NCBI GenBank assembly: GCA_030390025.1
Contig: CM059432.1
Location: 104,410,001 to 104,474,000, forward strand
DNA length: 64,000 bases
Direction of reading: 5' to 3'
From: Squalus acanthias
Lineage: Eukaryota
The translations under genes were made by a program, and so were the position numbers. This document shows positions 26,490-39,562 of this stretch, one piece after another. The notes beneath the pieces are model-generated. The model saw only the letters and a program-made list of their open reading frames with translations, made no database searches and had not been told where the DNA came from. Each line of letters begins with the position of its first letter. Positions within the stretch are counted from its first letter, which is position 1.

Positions 26490-29100
26490 AATTCTCTTCC
26501 TTTCAGGTGTCAAGGATCGCAAGTTTCAACAACGCTTGGACACCAACGCCCCTCCGGAACCTTCTTCCCTTTCACTTTCCTCTGACCCCATCCCTTCTTC
26601 CAATCTCACTCCCTGCCATGTTTTCACTATCCCCTCCGACCTTCCCCTCTCTGACCCTGAACGATCAGTCCTCAGTAAAGGCATGAGCTTCATCCCCTTA
26701 TGCCCCCACCTCAATGAATTTCGAGCTCGGCACAACGCTGAGCTCTTTTTCTGTCGCCCTCGTCTCCGTGCCCACTTCTTTGGCCAGGAGTCTTCCCCCC
26801 GCACAGCTGATCCTTTCTCCCATTTTCGGAATTCTCGTTCTACCTGGACCCCTCCCTCTGGCCTCTTACCCTCTCTAGATCTTTTCATTGCAAACTGCCA
26901 GCGTGACATCGGCCGTCTCAATTTCTCTGCTCCCCTCACCCACTCCAACCTACCTCCCTCTGAACTTGCAGCACTCCATTCTCTCAGATCCAACCCTAAC
27001 ATTGTCATTAAACCTGCTAACAAGGGTGGCGCTGTTGTTGTTTGGCGAACTGACCTTTACCTTGTGGAGGCTGAACGGCAACTCTCTGACACCTCCTCCT
27101 ACCTCCACCTGGACCATGACTCCACTACCGAACATCAAGCCACCGTTTCCAAGACCGTCACTGACCTCATCTCCTCTGGAGATCTTCCCTCCATGGCCGC
27201 CAACCTCATAGTTCCCCAACCCCGCACAGCCCGCTTCTACCTCCTTCCCAAGATCCACAAACAGGACTGCCCTGGTAGACCCATCGTTTCACCTTGTTCT
27301 TGCCCCATGGAACTGATTTCTTCCTATCTCGACTCTTTTTTCTCCCCTTGTCCAGTCTCTTCCCACCTACATCCGTGACTCTTCCGACGCCCTCTGCCAC
27401 TTTAACAGTTTCCAGGTTCCTGGCCCCAATCGTCTCCTTTTCACTATGGACGTCCAATCCCTCTACACCTCCATCCCCTACCAGGACAGCCTGAGGGCCC
27501 TCTGTTTCTTCCTTGAACAGAGGCCCAACCAATCCCCATCCACCACCACCCTCCTCTGCTTGACTGAACTGGTTCTCACATTGAACAACATTTCCTTTGA
27601 CTCTACTCACTTCCTCCAAATTAATGGTTTGCTATGGGAAACTGCATGGGTCCTAGGAGCTATGTCTGCCTTTTCATGGGACATGTGGAACATTCTTTGT
27701 TCCAGTCCTACTCAGGTCCCCTCCCTCACCTCTTTTTCCAGTACATTGATGACTGTATCGGTGCCGTTTCCTGCTCTTGCCCTGAACTAGAAAATTTCAT
27801 TCACTTTGCTTCCAATTTCCACCCTTCCCTCACCTTCACATGGTCCATCTCCGACTCTTCCCTTCTCTTCCTCGACTTCTCTGTCTCCATTTCTGGGGAT
27901 AGGCTATTGACAAACATCCACTATAAGTCCACTGACTCCCACAGCTACCTGGACTACACTTCCTCCCACCCCGCCTCCTGTAAGGACTCTATTCCACTCT
28001 TCCAGTTTCTCTGCCTCTGTCGTATTTGTTCTGACGATGCCACCTTCCATACTAATGCTTCAGATATGTCTTCCTTTTTCCTCAAACGAGGATTCCCCTC
28101 TACCGTGGTTGACATGCCCTCAACAGTGTCTATTCCATTTCCCGCACTTCTGCTCTCAACCCTTCCCCTCCCTCCCAGAACCACGATAGGGTTTCCCTTG
28201 TCCTCACCTTTCACCCCACCAGCCTCCACATTCAACGGATCATCCTCTGCCATTTCCCACCCCGCTTCCTGTAAGGACTCTATTCCGCGATACCCTGGTC
28301 CACTCCTCAATCACCCCCAACACCCCCGCCCCTTCCCACGACACCTTCCCATGCAAGCGCAGGAGATGCAACACATGCCCTTTTATCTCCTCCCTTCCCA
28401 CTGTCCAGGGCCCCAAACATTCGTTCCAGGTGAAACAGCGATTTACTTGTACTTCTTGCAAATCAGTATACTATATTCGCTGCTAACGATGCGGTCTGCT
28501 CTACATTGGGGAGACCAAACGCAGATTGGGTGACTGCTTTGCGGAACACCTCCGTTCAGTCCGTAAGCGTGACCCCGAGCTTCCAGTCGCCTGTCACTTT
28601 AATTCTCCCCTCCACTCCCACTTTGACCTCGACCTCTTACACTGTTCCAATGAAGCTCAACGGAAGCTCCAGGAACAGCACCTCATCTTTCGATTTGGCA
28701 CTTTACAGCCTTCTGGACTCAACATCGAGTTCAACAATTTCAGACCATAACCTCTGCCCCTATTTTTTCAGACGGCAGCTGTTGATGATTCTGCTATTCC
28801 CATTTACACCTCTTCTAGACTCATCTTTTGTTTCTTTACTTGTCCCATTACCATCTCCTTTTGCTTTGTACTATCAGCCCTTTTGTCATTTAATCTCTCC
28901 TGCCTTCCACCCTATCACAGACCTTCCCTTTTGTTCTTTCCCCCCCTCCTCCCTTCCCCTGCCCTGTACTTGCTTAAAATCTGTTACAGCTCTAACTTTT
29001 TCCAGTTCTGATGAAAGGACATCGAGCTGAAACGTTGAGTATTTCCAGCATTTTCTGTTTTTATTTCAGATTTCCAGCATCTGCAGTATTTTGCTTTTGA
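26490..29100 (+). mobile_element. Penelope-like retroelement (RT plus GIY-YIG endonuclease), decayed
   Basis: Motifs IKPANKGGAVV, FYLLPKIHK, MDVQSLYTSIP, MGNCMGP and YIDDC, then GIY-YIG-type YIGETKRRLGDCFAEHL and LQPSGLNIEF. Confidence 0.88.
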
Positions 29101-30269
29101 CTTAATTTTTTTAAATTTCTTTCTGACTTCCATCGTTCACTTGAAGCATTTTTTTTGAAGGTTTAGGGCAGCTAACAAAACAGCCTTGAAGAGTCCTTAA
29201 GCTAGAAGAGGGAACACTGTCATGGTTGCTTCAGATATGGAGCCAAGTCAACCTTTGACCTGTTTTTATGCATCAGCGTAGGAATGGGCTGTTAATAAAC
29301 AAACGCTTGCTCCATTCAGGTCTTCCAGGCATGCATGCAGCCTAGCAAGCGGCCGCCACTGAAAAGGTATAAAATATTTTTGTTTTACTTTAAATGTGGA
29401 GCCAGGAGCAGCACTCCTGCTTCTCCTGGCTCCACAGTACTCCTGCCGGCCACGATTGCCCCACCCACCCCCGTCCCCGGCGAAGCAGGCGGCCTAAATT
29501 GACTTTAAATTACCAGGACAGTTTATGATGATAGAGATCCACATAAAATACTGAGTGTGACAAATGAAAGTAGTTTAAGTCCAAGGATTCAGATTCAATT
29601 GCAGAGGGAATAAATCACAGTGTTTATAAATCAGTGAAGTAAACAAGCTTGAGTAGGATGCATGGCCTTTTCCATTATTGATTGAATAAATTGCCACAGG
29701 TCTAAGATAAATAACCAGTGTTGTAGCAATTTGTTTATAGAGTGCACTAGCTGAGTTTGTAATCAGCTGTACATTTACCATTTCCACCCCTTCATTGACA
29801 TTATATTGTGCTTCAGTCAACACACGCTCTGAAAGGTCATTTCAATACTATCACTCATCCAGTCCTCCGTAGAATGGTTGGAAATATTTGTTTGAAATTT
29901 TGCTTTCAAGTCTAATTAGGATCTGTTTATCCAAACTCAATAAAAAAAAATCCTGCCAATCTCCCTGGCTAAACAACTGACGATGATCACTTTCCTTTTT
30001 GTTCAGGGTTCAAGATTCTTTTAATACTCAATGGCCTAGAAATTGGATATGGCCACAAAACGGGCAGTGTCAAGGCCCAACGATATTTAGCTACGCCAGG
30101 TCAAAATGGTCGAGGTAGCATGCACAATTCATGCTCAGTCCTCATTAACATGATTGTAGTCTTGATCTCAGCGCTAAACTGCCACTCATTAGCTTACCGC
30201 TCAACAGGTGGGCCAATATCGGGTCCAGTCTAATTCCCAGTCATGTTTTCCACAGGCTTTATTTAGTAT

Positions 30270-30595
30270 CATAGAATCATCGAATAGAATCATAGAATGG
30301 TTACAGCACAGAAGGAGGCCATTCAGCCCGTTGAGCCTGTGCCGGCTCTCTGCAAGAGCATTTCAGCTAGTCTCACTCCTCCGCCCTTTCCCCGTAGCCC
30401 TGTAAATTATTTTCCTTCAGGTATTTATCCAATTTCCTTTTGAAAGTCACGATTGAGTCTGCCTCCACCACCCTTTTCAGGCAGTGCATTCCAGATCCTA
30501 ACCACTCGCTGCATAAAAAAGTTTTTCCTCATAGCGCCTTTGGTTCTTCTGCCAATCACCTTAAATTTGTGTCCTTTGGTTCTTGACCCTTCCAC
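30270..30595 (-). mobile_element. CR1-type 3' fragment inserted in the Harbinger
   Basis: (atcatagaa) tail repeats and the reverse complement of FFMQRVVRIWNALP. Confidence 0.7.
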
Positions 30596-30658
30596 CAAGA
30601 GTACCTCATTGTCAATCCACTTACAACTTCACCTGGAAGAAGACGGCAGTGGGAACAT

Positions 30659-33200
30659 ATGGCTGAGCCTCAGCACAGGGAGAGAGCCCGCAGATTCTCC
30701 GACGCTGCTCTTGAGGTACTGGTGGTGGCCGTGGAGAGGAGGCAGGCTGTCCTCTTCCTCCAGACTGGCAGGAAGCCCTCGCCACAGACATCGCGAAGGC
30801 TCTGGCATGAGATAGCTGCCTATGTGACGGCCAGCACTGTGGTCCCAAGGTTGGCCATCCAGTGCTGAAAGAAGTTTAATGACTTCACAAGGCAGGTCAA
30901 GGTGAGTGAAGGCTTCAGCAAATGCCATATCCCACCGTCTGCACCACAAGCCTCACACGCTGCCGAATGCACCACACCCCCATCACTCACCTACCAACAA
31001 TCAACAACAATCACCACTCATACCTCACAATCATAGCTTCACTTCACCATCACAACCTTCTTCTTAGGCAGTCCCTCGGAACTGAGGATGACTTGCTTCC
31101 ACACTAAAAATGAGTTCTCAGGTGACTGATGAGTCCAATGCGGGTCCTACAGTCTCTGTCACAGGTGGGGCAGACGGTGGTTGAAGGGGCAGGTGGGTGG
31201 GGTTCTTGGGTTGACGTGCGCTCCTTCTGCTGTTTGTGCTTGGCTTCTGCTTGCTCCCGGCGAAGAGACCCGAGGTGTTCGGCTCCTTCCCAGATGCTTC
31301 TCCTCCACTTTGTGCGGTCTTGGGCCAGGGATTCCCAGGTGTCGGTGGGGATGTTGCAGTTTTTCAAGGAGGCTTTGAGGGTGTCCTTGAAGCGTTTCCT
31401 ATGCCCACCTGGGGCTCCGAGTAGAGCGCTTGTTTTGGGAGTCTCGTATCGGGCATGCGGACGATGTGGCCCGTCCATCAGAGCTGTTTGAGCGTGGTCA
31501 AAGCTTCGATGCTGGGGATGTTGGCCTGAGCGAGAACACTGACGTTGGTGTGCCTATCCTGCCAATGGATTTGCAGGATCTTGCAGAGGCAGCGTTGGTG
31601 GTACCTCTCCAGTACTTTGAGGTGCCTGTTGTACATGGTCCATGTCTCTGAAGCATACAGGAGGGCGGGTATCACTACTGCTCTGTAGACCATGAGCTTG
31701 GTGCTGGGTTTGAGGTCCTGGTCTTCAAACACTCTCTTCCTCAGGTGACCGAAGGCTGCACCGGCACACTGAAGGCAGTGTTGGACTTCGTCATTGATGT
31801 CTGCCCTTGTATCACAACCTTACCACTGCTGCAACACTCAGACCCACATCTCGCTCCTTGCACACACTGACAGCTATTCAACTATGGCAGCCATATCACC
31901 CAAACACATTGCACCACACTTACTCAAACACTTCCCTTTCTCTTGCAGGCCAAGGTCGTGCATAACAGGAGGGAGCAGCGGCAGACAGGCGGGGGCAAGC
32001 TGCCATCCAGGACCTCACCGACCTGGAGGAGAGAGTGCTGGAGATCATTAGACAGCAGATCATCGAGACCGTGGCATCCGGAGGACTTGAAGCCCTTCAG
32101 AACAGCAACGGTATGCTCATTCCTAATCCTTCTTCTCACATCCCACTTGCCCCTCATCCCTCAATCTCTTCTCACTTTCAAGCTGCTGATGCTGTATGCA
32201 TGGATATCTGGCTTCCCCCGCCCCACTCCCCTCACCATAACCCGACTCTTGTGCCTTTCTGCTTTCAGTTAATCAAGACCAAGCACCAGACCAGCCTGTC
32301 CCTAAGGTGAAGCAGGAGGGCGAGCTCGCGCTTGAGTTCTACTGCACAGGACTCAGATGATGACCTCGATGGGGCGGCCTTCAGGAGAAGGGTGATGGGC
32401 ATGCACACCGAATTGCTAGGTGCAATGGCAAGCCTGCCAGAGAGCCTTTTGGCAATGTCAAGGAGCATCGAGGAGTCCGCCTCCGACATTGGCTGGAGCT
32501 TTGCGCAGAGCTTGGAGCCCAGGATTTCCAGGCTGGAAATGATGGAATACTCCCAAAGAGACCGTGTCGACCCAGACATGAGGCCACATGTGATGGGCGA
32601 TGTCACGGCTGCCATTGCAGCACAGGCAGAAGCGACGCAACATCTTAGTGCTGTGGAGGAAGCACAGACCACTCTCATGAAGTCTCAGCTTGACGCCACA
32701 AATGCTCAGAGCGCTGTCATGCAGTCTTCGCTTGCTGCCACCCAAGCTCAGACTGCTGCCATCGTGGCTGGGTTGATCAGTATCGAATGGGGCTTGCGGG
32801 GTGTCGCAGCAGCCTAGTAACCTGTGCTCCAACAGATTGCTAGGAATGCTTGAAGCGCTGCCCAGGGGGAGAGGCAGTGTGTCTGTGGAGCAGGACCCTG
32901 CTGTCTTCTCTCAGGAAGACAGCATTCCTGTTCCCACCAATGCCACTCTGCCATTGTCATTGCCGCTGCCTGTCATCCAGCCATCCCAGACTGCTGCCGC
33001 CCATGCTGAGGTGGTACAGTCAACAGCTGGGCCTTCTAGGGCCAGAACTGCTTGAGGTCGTCCTGCAAGGCCATCTGAAGTCTCCCCCATGGAAACTGAG
33101 CAGCCTTCCACCAGCCCTGCTGCAGCCACTGGGGGAGCACTGTGTAGGAGCACTAGATCAGGAAAGGGCACCTGAACGACAGGCACTAAGGGATTGCACA
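30659..33200 (+). pseudogene. Harbinger Myb/SANT-like DNA-binding protein gene, exons about 30659-30901, 31949-32110 and 32269-33200
   Basis: MAEPQHRERARRFSDAALEVLV...LWHEIA...QC*KKFNDF followed by GTGAG; then ttgcag|AKVVHNRREQRQTGGG; a third exon with an Ala/Gln-rich tail. Contains in-frame stops. Confidence 0.75.
31058..31810 (-). mobile_element. RTE LINE 3' fragment in intron 1 of the Harbinger Myb gene
   Basis: Highly similar to 15580-16330, including the CPTCDRDCRTRIGLISHLRTH zinc finger and (GAA)n tail. Confidence 0.9.
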
Positions 33201-33419
33201 AGGGTGATTAGTTCATATTGTTGCTGTAAATACGTATCAATTGATTTTTGATAAATTTATTAATTTTGTTTGGAATCTTTTGTGGTGGCTCTCATTTCAA
33301 CTTTGTGCCCACGAGGACACTGTGATATTCCATGACAGAGGGATGGTATGATGGGGATGTGTTGAGCAAAGGGGACCTGGGGTTTCATTCATTGGAATTG
33401 GAGTCTGATGAACAGTCTG

Positions 33420-34530
33420 TCTGGAAGGGGGATTGGCTGCCTGTCACCTCCCTTCCTTCTTGTCCTCTTCCCTTTGCTCATCTTCCTATTCCTTCTCCTT
33501 CTCCTCATCCTCCTCTGCTTCGTTCTCCTCCTGAGGTGGTCCCGCAATCCCTGGTGGCAAGGGCTGAGCCCTCATGATGGCCAAGTTGTGAAGCATGCAG
33601 CAGACCACCACGAAATAGGACACCCGCTCCTTCCAAGTGGTCAAGACAGCGGAACCATTGCTTCAGTAGCCTGATGGTCTGCTCGATGATGTTCCTGGTG
33701 GAAGCATGGCTCTCATTATATGAGTGCTGCGCATGAGTGGTGGGATTGCGGAGGGGAGTAATCAGCCAGGTGCAGAGCGGATCCCCCTTGTCTCCGAGCA
33801 GCCACCCTCGAGTTTCACGTGGTGGCTGGAAGATTGCTGGCGCAGGATGAAGGCATTGTGGCTGCTGCCAGGATAGCGGGTATAGACCATCAGGATGTGC
33901 TGGGCGTGGTTGCACCAACTGCACATTAAGTGAGTGGTAGCCTTTGTGGTTAAGGAAGATCTCAGGATTGTTTGCAGCACCCGCAAAGCCATATGGATGC
34001 AGTCACTGGGGCTCTGCACCATGGGGAAGCCATCCTACTATCCTGGCAAAGCTACAAACGTCCTTGTCCTGCTTCTCTCTGCTCAGAGAGAAGAAAACGT
34101 AGTCCCTTCTCCTGGTGCAGAGAGCCTCTGTGACCTCCCGAATGCAGTGATGGACGGCGAACTGGGAGATGTCAACTATGTTTCCTGCTGCAGAGTGCAA
34201 GGATCTGCTGGCGAAGAAATTGAGGGCCACGGTGACCTTGACTGCCACTGAGAGAGCTGTGTTCGCCCTGCTCTCAGGCTGCAGGTCTGGTTGCAGGTGA
34301 TGGCAGAGTTCTGTGACCACCTCCTTGGCGAAGTGGAGCCTCCTAATACACTGCTTCTTGCTTACGCGGAGATAAGAGAAGTGCTCTCGGAAGACCCTAG
34401 CTGTGTAAGGCCTCCTGTTGAGAGCCCTCCAGTCCCTCCTCCTCCTCCACATTTTCTCATCTTCTTTGCTGCCTCTGCTCCCTCTCCTGAAGATACTCGA
34501 ACGTGAGTAAGACTGCCAGTAGAGTCCCCA
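33420..34530 (-). pseudogene. Harbinger (HARBI1-like, DDE_Tnp_4) transposase, frameshifted
   Basis: Motifs RRPYTARVFREH, VKVTVALNFFAS, YPGSSHNAFILR, GWLLGDKG and YNESHASTRNIIEQTIRLLKQWFRCL, with an acidic tail. Confidence 0.85.
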
Positions 34531-35889
34531 TGATTGTGCGCAAGTGTTGTGAGCAGAAGCCTTTAAATAATAATGAAGGCGTTCTCCACTTGCAACAACA
34601 CTCCCTGTTACCTTAGAACCTTGAAAGAGGTTAGTAAAGCTGGTGGAGTTGCAGAAAGTTGTACAGAGCCAGTCAAACTGCAGCAACAAGTTGCTGCTGA
34701 TGATTCCTTTAAATACCGCTGCTGGAGCCTCCGTCCTGTTTGTCAATGCTTGCTCAGGTCATCGCACTTAAGGCATGCTGGTAAGTGGAATGGCGAAGTC
34801 GAAACTCGCAGATCTGGCATCAAGTGAGTGTTGCAAACTCACTGACGTCACGGTCTGCATAATCTACATATCCCTAGCGAGCGTAGACATCAACAGCGCT
34901 GCTGGCCATCCGAAAATGACGGCTGCCACGGGACCCACCGGCTGCGGGCGGAAGAGCGGTGGCCACCATTTCTTTTCCCGAATCTAGTGGTAACGGGTGG
35001 CGCTAAACCCCCAAATTTTTAGGCCCTTAACTGCTGCTCAGGTCATGTATCTCAGGTCAACAAAATGGCATCCGCAGCGCCAAAAAATCAGTCGCTACAG
35101 AGCCGAATCTTTAGCTGTCTGTGACTAAATAGCATTCAAAAGTGATCACTGCAGATAAGCACCACTTCTTATTAAGTTTTACATTCCTTTATGAATTCCT
35201 GAGGTAATGCTTATAACACGCTGTGGTCTATCAAAGTTACACTAGTTCCCTGTGCAAACATTTAACACAATGAAACCTGGGATGAAGTTTACTAGTAAAG
35301 ACAATTCATCTGCCTATAAACATCAGTCCCAACAATAGCGTGATGAATGGCACATCTGCTAATAAACACTGGGGTAGAATTTCTATGGGAGTCTTCCTGC
35401 TGTACCTTCAGCGGAAACCACGGAGAAAGAACAGAAATAGCTGTATCCCCAGGGTTTCTGCCAATCTTCCATTGAAGATTGGGTTTTCAACTGGGAAAAG
35501 ATGACCTCTGCAGTAACTCTATGACCTGTAAGAATAAATAAAAATCAGCGGACCCTCATTTAATTTCTTGACATAAAGACAATTATAAGAGGCTGCTCCA
35601 GGCCAGGCTGCCTTTGACAAAAGTCTTCTTAAAAGTGTGAAGCCATCACAACACCGTTTCAAAATTTAAAATGATAAGTTGAAATAGTTTACAGTTTTAT
35701 CAGCAGAAGCTACAAACAAACCAAATAAGCCAACTTCACAAATGTTTATTCATCTGAGTGACTAAGTAGACAATAGACACTCTCTTTGAATATGTATGTA
35801 ACCTTCCCTCACCCTGTTAGTCCAGTTCATTGAAAATCAAAGGTCGTAAATGAGGCTCATTTTGTGTGTTCACTGAGAGCAAACTCTCT

Positions 35890-37241
35890 CCATGCACTCA
35901 ATCATCAGCAAAGTGATGGAAGGTGTCATCGACAGTGCTATCAAGCGGCACTTACTCACCAATAACCTACTCACTGATTGGGTTCCGCCAAGAGCACTCG
36001 GCTCCCGACCTCATTACAGCCTTGGTCCAAACATGGACAAAGGAGCTGAATTCCAGAGGTGAGGTGAGAGTGACTGCCCTTGACATCAAGGCAGCATTTG
36101 ACCGAGTCGGCATCAAGGAGCCCTAGTAAAACTGAAGTCAATGGGAATCAGGGGGAAAACGCTCCACTGGCTGGAGTCATACCTAGCACAAAGGAAGATG
36201 GTTGTGGTGATTGAAGGTCAATCATCACAGCCCCAGGACATCGCTGCAGGAGTTCCTCAGGGCAGTGTCCTAGGCCCAACCATCTTCAGCTGCTTCATTA
36301 ATGACCTTCCCTCCAACATAAGGTCAGAAATGGGGATGTTCGCTGATGACTGCACAGTGTTCAGTGCCATTCACAACTCCTCAGATAATGAAGCAGTCCA
36401 TGCCCGCATGCAACAAGACCTGGACGACGTTCAGGCTTGGGCTGATAAGTGGCAGGTAACATTCGCGCCACAGAAGTGCCAGGCAATGACTACCTCCAAC
36501 AAGCGAGAGTCTAACCACCTCCCCTTGACATTCAACAGCATTACCATCGCCGAATCCCCCACCATCAACATCCTGGGGGTCACCATTGACCAGAAACTTA
36601 ACTGGACCAGCCACATAAATACTGTGGCAACAAGAGCAGGTCAGAGGCTCGGTATTCTGCAGCGAGTGTCTCACCTCCTGACTCCCCAAAGCCTTTCCAC
36701 CATCTACAAGGCACAAGTCAGGAGAGTGATGGAATACTCTCCACTTGCCTGGATGAGTGCAGCTGCAACAACACTCAAGAAGCTCGACACCATCCAGGAC
36801 AAAGCAGCCCGTTTGATTGGCACCCCATCCATCACCTTAAACATTCACTCCCTCCACCACTGGCGTACCGTGGCTGCAGTGTGTACCATCTACAAGATGC
36901 ACTGCAGCAACTCGCCAAGGCTTCTTCGGCAGCACCTCCCAAACCCACTACCTCTTCCACCTAGAAGGACAAGGGCAGCAGGCACATGGGAACACCACCA
37001 CCTCCAAGTTCCCCTTCAAGTCACACACATCCTGACTTAGAAGTATATCGCCATTCCTTCATCGTCGCTGGGTCAAATTCATGGAACTCCCTCCCTCACA
37101 GCACTGTGGGAGTACCCTCACCACACGGACTGTAGCGGTTCAAGAAGGCGGCTCACCACCACCTTCTCAAGGGCAACCAGGGATGGGCACTAAATGCTGG
37201 CCTTGCCAGTGATGCCCAGATCCCATAAACGAAAAAAAAAA
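35890..37241 (+). mobile_element. CR1/L2-group LINE 3' fragment (RT)
   Basis: Motifs LDIKAAFDRV, GVPQGSVLGP, FADDCTV and VMEYSPLAW, with an A-rich end at about 37232-37242. Confidence 0.88.
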
Positions 37242-37862
37242 ACTATGATTGAAATGACACTGTAACCACATTCAACGAGTACTGAGCTAAGTTTCATAAA
37301 ATGTATGCAATGCAGATTTAACGCATGACCTGCTATTTTGGACGTTCGACTTTACGCCCTCTCCAAAGCCCAAACAGCTAAATGTATGTTCAACTGCATG
37401 ACGGAACCCCCACCAGCGCTACTTAAAAGGACACACGCAACTTTGCAGTAAGTTGCTTTTTGCTCTTGTACTGGTTCCTGTACACTTTAATTGAGTAGTG
37501 GGTTGGTGTAAGACATTTTAAAAAGTTGTTAAAGTGTCCAGGGAGTGCAGGGTGTGCTGCTGGATGTTTGTAAGGCTTTGGCTCTTAAAGGAAGGCCTCT
37601 GAGAACACCACTTGCTCCCAGTCCTGGGGCTCTAGTTGCAGTCCCAGTTGGGCTGCAGTAGGACATGGAGATGGAGCAGAGGTAGCAAAGGGGACAAGCT
37701 GCTTGCAGAGGGAGGAAGAGGAAGAAGCAGAAGAGGAAGAAGCAGAATAGTAGGAAGCGAAAGAGCAGGAAGTGGAAGAGGAGAAGGAGGAAGAGGAAGA
37801 GGAGGAGGAGGAAGCAAAAGGAAGGAGGCAACCCAGCTAGTCCCTTTCTGGCTGGGATATCT

Positions 37863-39299
37863 TGTGAAGGAATAGCCATATTCAGAAAAATACACCATCC
37901 TACGAAAGAATCCTGACTTTATTAAACATGAAAAACTGGGCTTGGAAATCTGAAAGCCTCAACAATGAAAAGCTGTAAACAGCATACAAGCTTTTGAGAT
38001 AAGATAAGTTGTTGACACTGAAACAATAGCCCTATTGAAGCAGAGGGTTAAAGCTTCCAGAAAGTCTGCAGCTTGGGAAAGAGCACAATGGAATCCCCAG
38101 TTAAAGTGTCTTAAACCAACACTTCAAAATGAAACACAGAACATTAAAGAAACATATGCCTTCGTAAATCTGACATCAAGTAAAAGGAACACCTACCGTC
38201 AAATCGTTTTTATGTTAAACTTAGAAGACGGAGACAAGAGTCTGTGGTACAACCAATTGAGGTAGCTAAGAAGACAATGAGATACCCAGTTGAGGTGTTT
38301 TTAATTTACATGTTGTAAAAAGATACAAACAGAAGACTTTCATAAATATGACATCAATAGATGCAACAGTCATCACATTGTTTTTGTGTTGAACTTGGAA
38401 CACCTAGGAGACATGAAGTCTGCTTCCAACCAGCTGAGGTGACTTAAGAAATAAACAGGAGACTTTGATAAGAATGACATCAAATAGATACATCTGTTAC
38501 AACCGTTTTTTATGATGAACTTGAAACACCTAAAGGAGAGATATTAGTCTGAAAGCTACAAGCTGAACTAACTGTAAGAATAGAAGGGGTCAACAGAAAA
38601 ATGACTAGAGATAATTAACTTACATCAGCAGAAAAACTTCAAAGGATATACCACTGAGAAAGAGTATAAATATAGAACTTTCAAATAGGAAGACAGAATT
38701 CACTGGAAGGGGCAAAGCGGCTCTCAGACTTCAGAGGCAAGCTCTGTAAGTTTTCAACTCTTTAAGACTCGGGTATCAAAGGTATTTGATTTTGGTGGAT
38801 ATTCTGGAATAGACTAAGAACTGTAAAAATGTAACGAAGTTAAGATTTGAGAATAAGGATCTCTGATAAAAGAATTGTAAGCTTTTGTATTTTGAACTGT
38901 TAAAGTTTCGACTGAATCACCAACTGTAATTACATGTCGGTTCTTTAACAAATCTATATTTTTTTAGAATTGTCTCAAATAGTACTTCTGTATCAAACTC
39001 GCGAACTCAATCTCTGTACACTCTTTGGTGAGGAGTTGCAGAATTCTGGGGGAGTTTTCCGGACCCTCATAATATCCAGAACGTTACAGTCTAGCTAAAC
39101 TTATTAAAAGTGCTATCTGGATGACGGTAACATCTTCAGGTCGTTCCTTTCCTTTAGGGAGAGATTGTCTGGACCTTTAGACCCAATTAAGCGTCTTTAG
39201 GATCCGGCTACCTCTAACTTTAGTTGAAGGTGAACGTCTGGGGAATACGCCTGATCCAGGGTAGCCCAAAAGGGGCTAGGACTAGTAATTATCCCTTCA
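37863..39299 (+). repeat. LTR 1 (5')
   Basis: TGTGAAGG...CCCTTCA. TATA box at 38665, splice donor GTAAGT at 38746. The poly(A) signal position reads AACAAA at 38947. Confidence 0.93.
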
Positions 39300-39301
39300 G
39301 T

Positions 39302-39315
39302 TGGCGCCCAACGTG
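39302..39315 (+). promoter_or_regulatory. Primer-binding site, tRNA-Lys1,2 type (second copy at 45770-45783)
   Basis: TGGCGCCCAACGTG lies 2 nt after the LTR and matches the first 14 nt of the Lys1,2 PBS used by foamy viruses. Confidence 0.88.
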
Positions 39316-39562
39316 TGTGTTAACGAGTTGATACAGAACCTATACTTATATTTATATCTATATCCATCTTGTAGTTTGTTAAGTGTAGAAGGAGTGTTTT
39401 ACTGACAGTGGTACTAAGACCCAGATTTAAGTCTCTAGAGATGACAAGTCCCTGATCAGGCCTTGTAGAACTTAAATCAGAACTCCCTCAATATACCATT
39501 GAGGTCTAGAAATTTATTATAAAGTTCATATTAAACCCTAACCGAGGTTAGGTCCTGACGAA

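Larger units (their letters stand above)
30033..35026. mobile_element. PIF/Harbinger DNA transposon with convergent Myb/SANT-like and transposase genes, decayed
   Basis: Terminal inverted repeats GGCCTAGAAATT (30033) and AATTTTTAGGCCC (35026, followed by TTA), enclosing the two-gene layout typical of Harbingers. Confidence 0.8.

Noticed and set aside
33420..34746. Domesticated HARBI1 host gene
   Set aside because: Frameshifted, multi-copy within the window and bounded by terminal inverted repeats.
11450..37241. LINE fragments at 11.5-12.4 kb and 35.9-37.2 kb as one element split by insertions
   Set aside because: The intervening 23 kb includes unique-looking DNA and the linker region is missing, so independent fragments are more likely.
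38035..38265. 76-aa ORF in U3 (also at 44503 and 50972) as an accessory gene
   Set aside because: Short, starts at TTG, overlaps the U3 repeats and has no recognisable motif. Its recurrence is explained by LTR identity.
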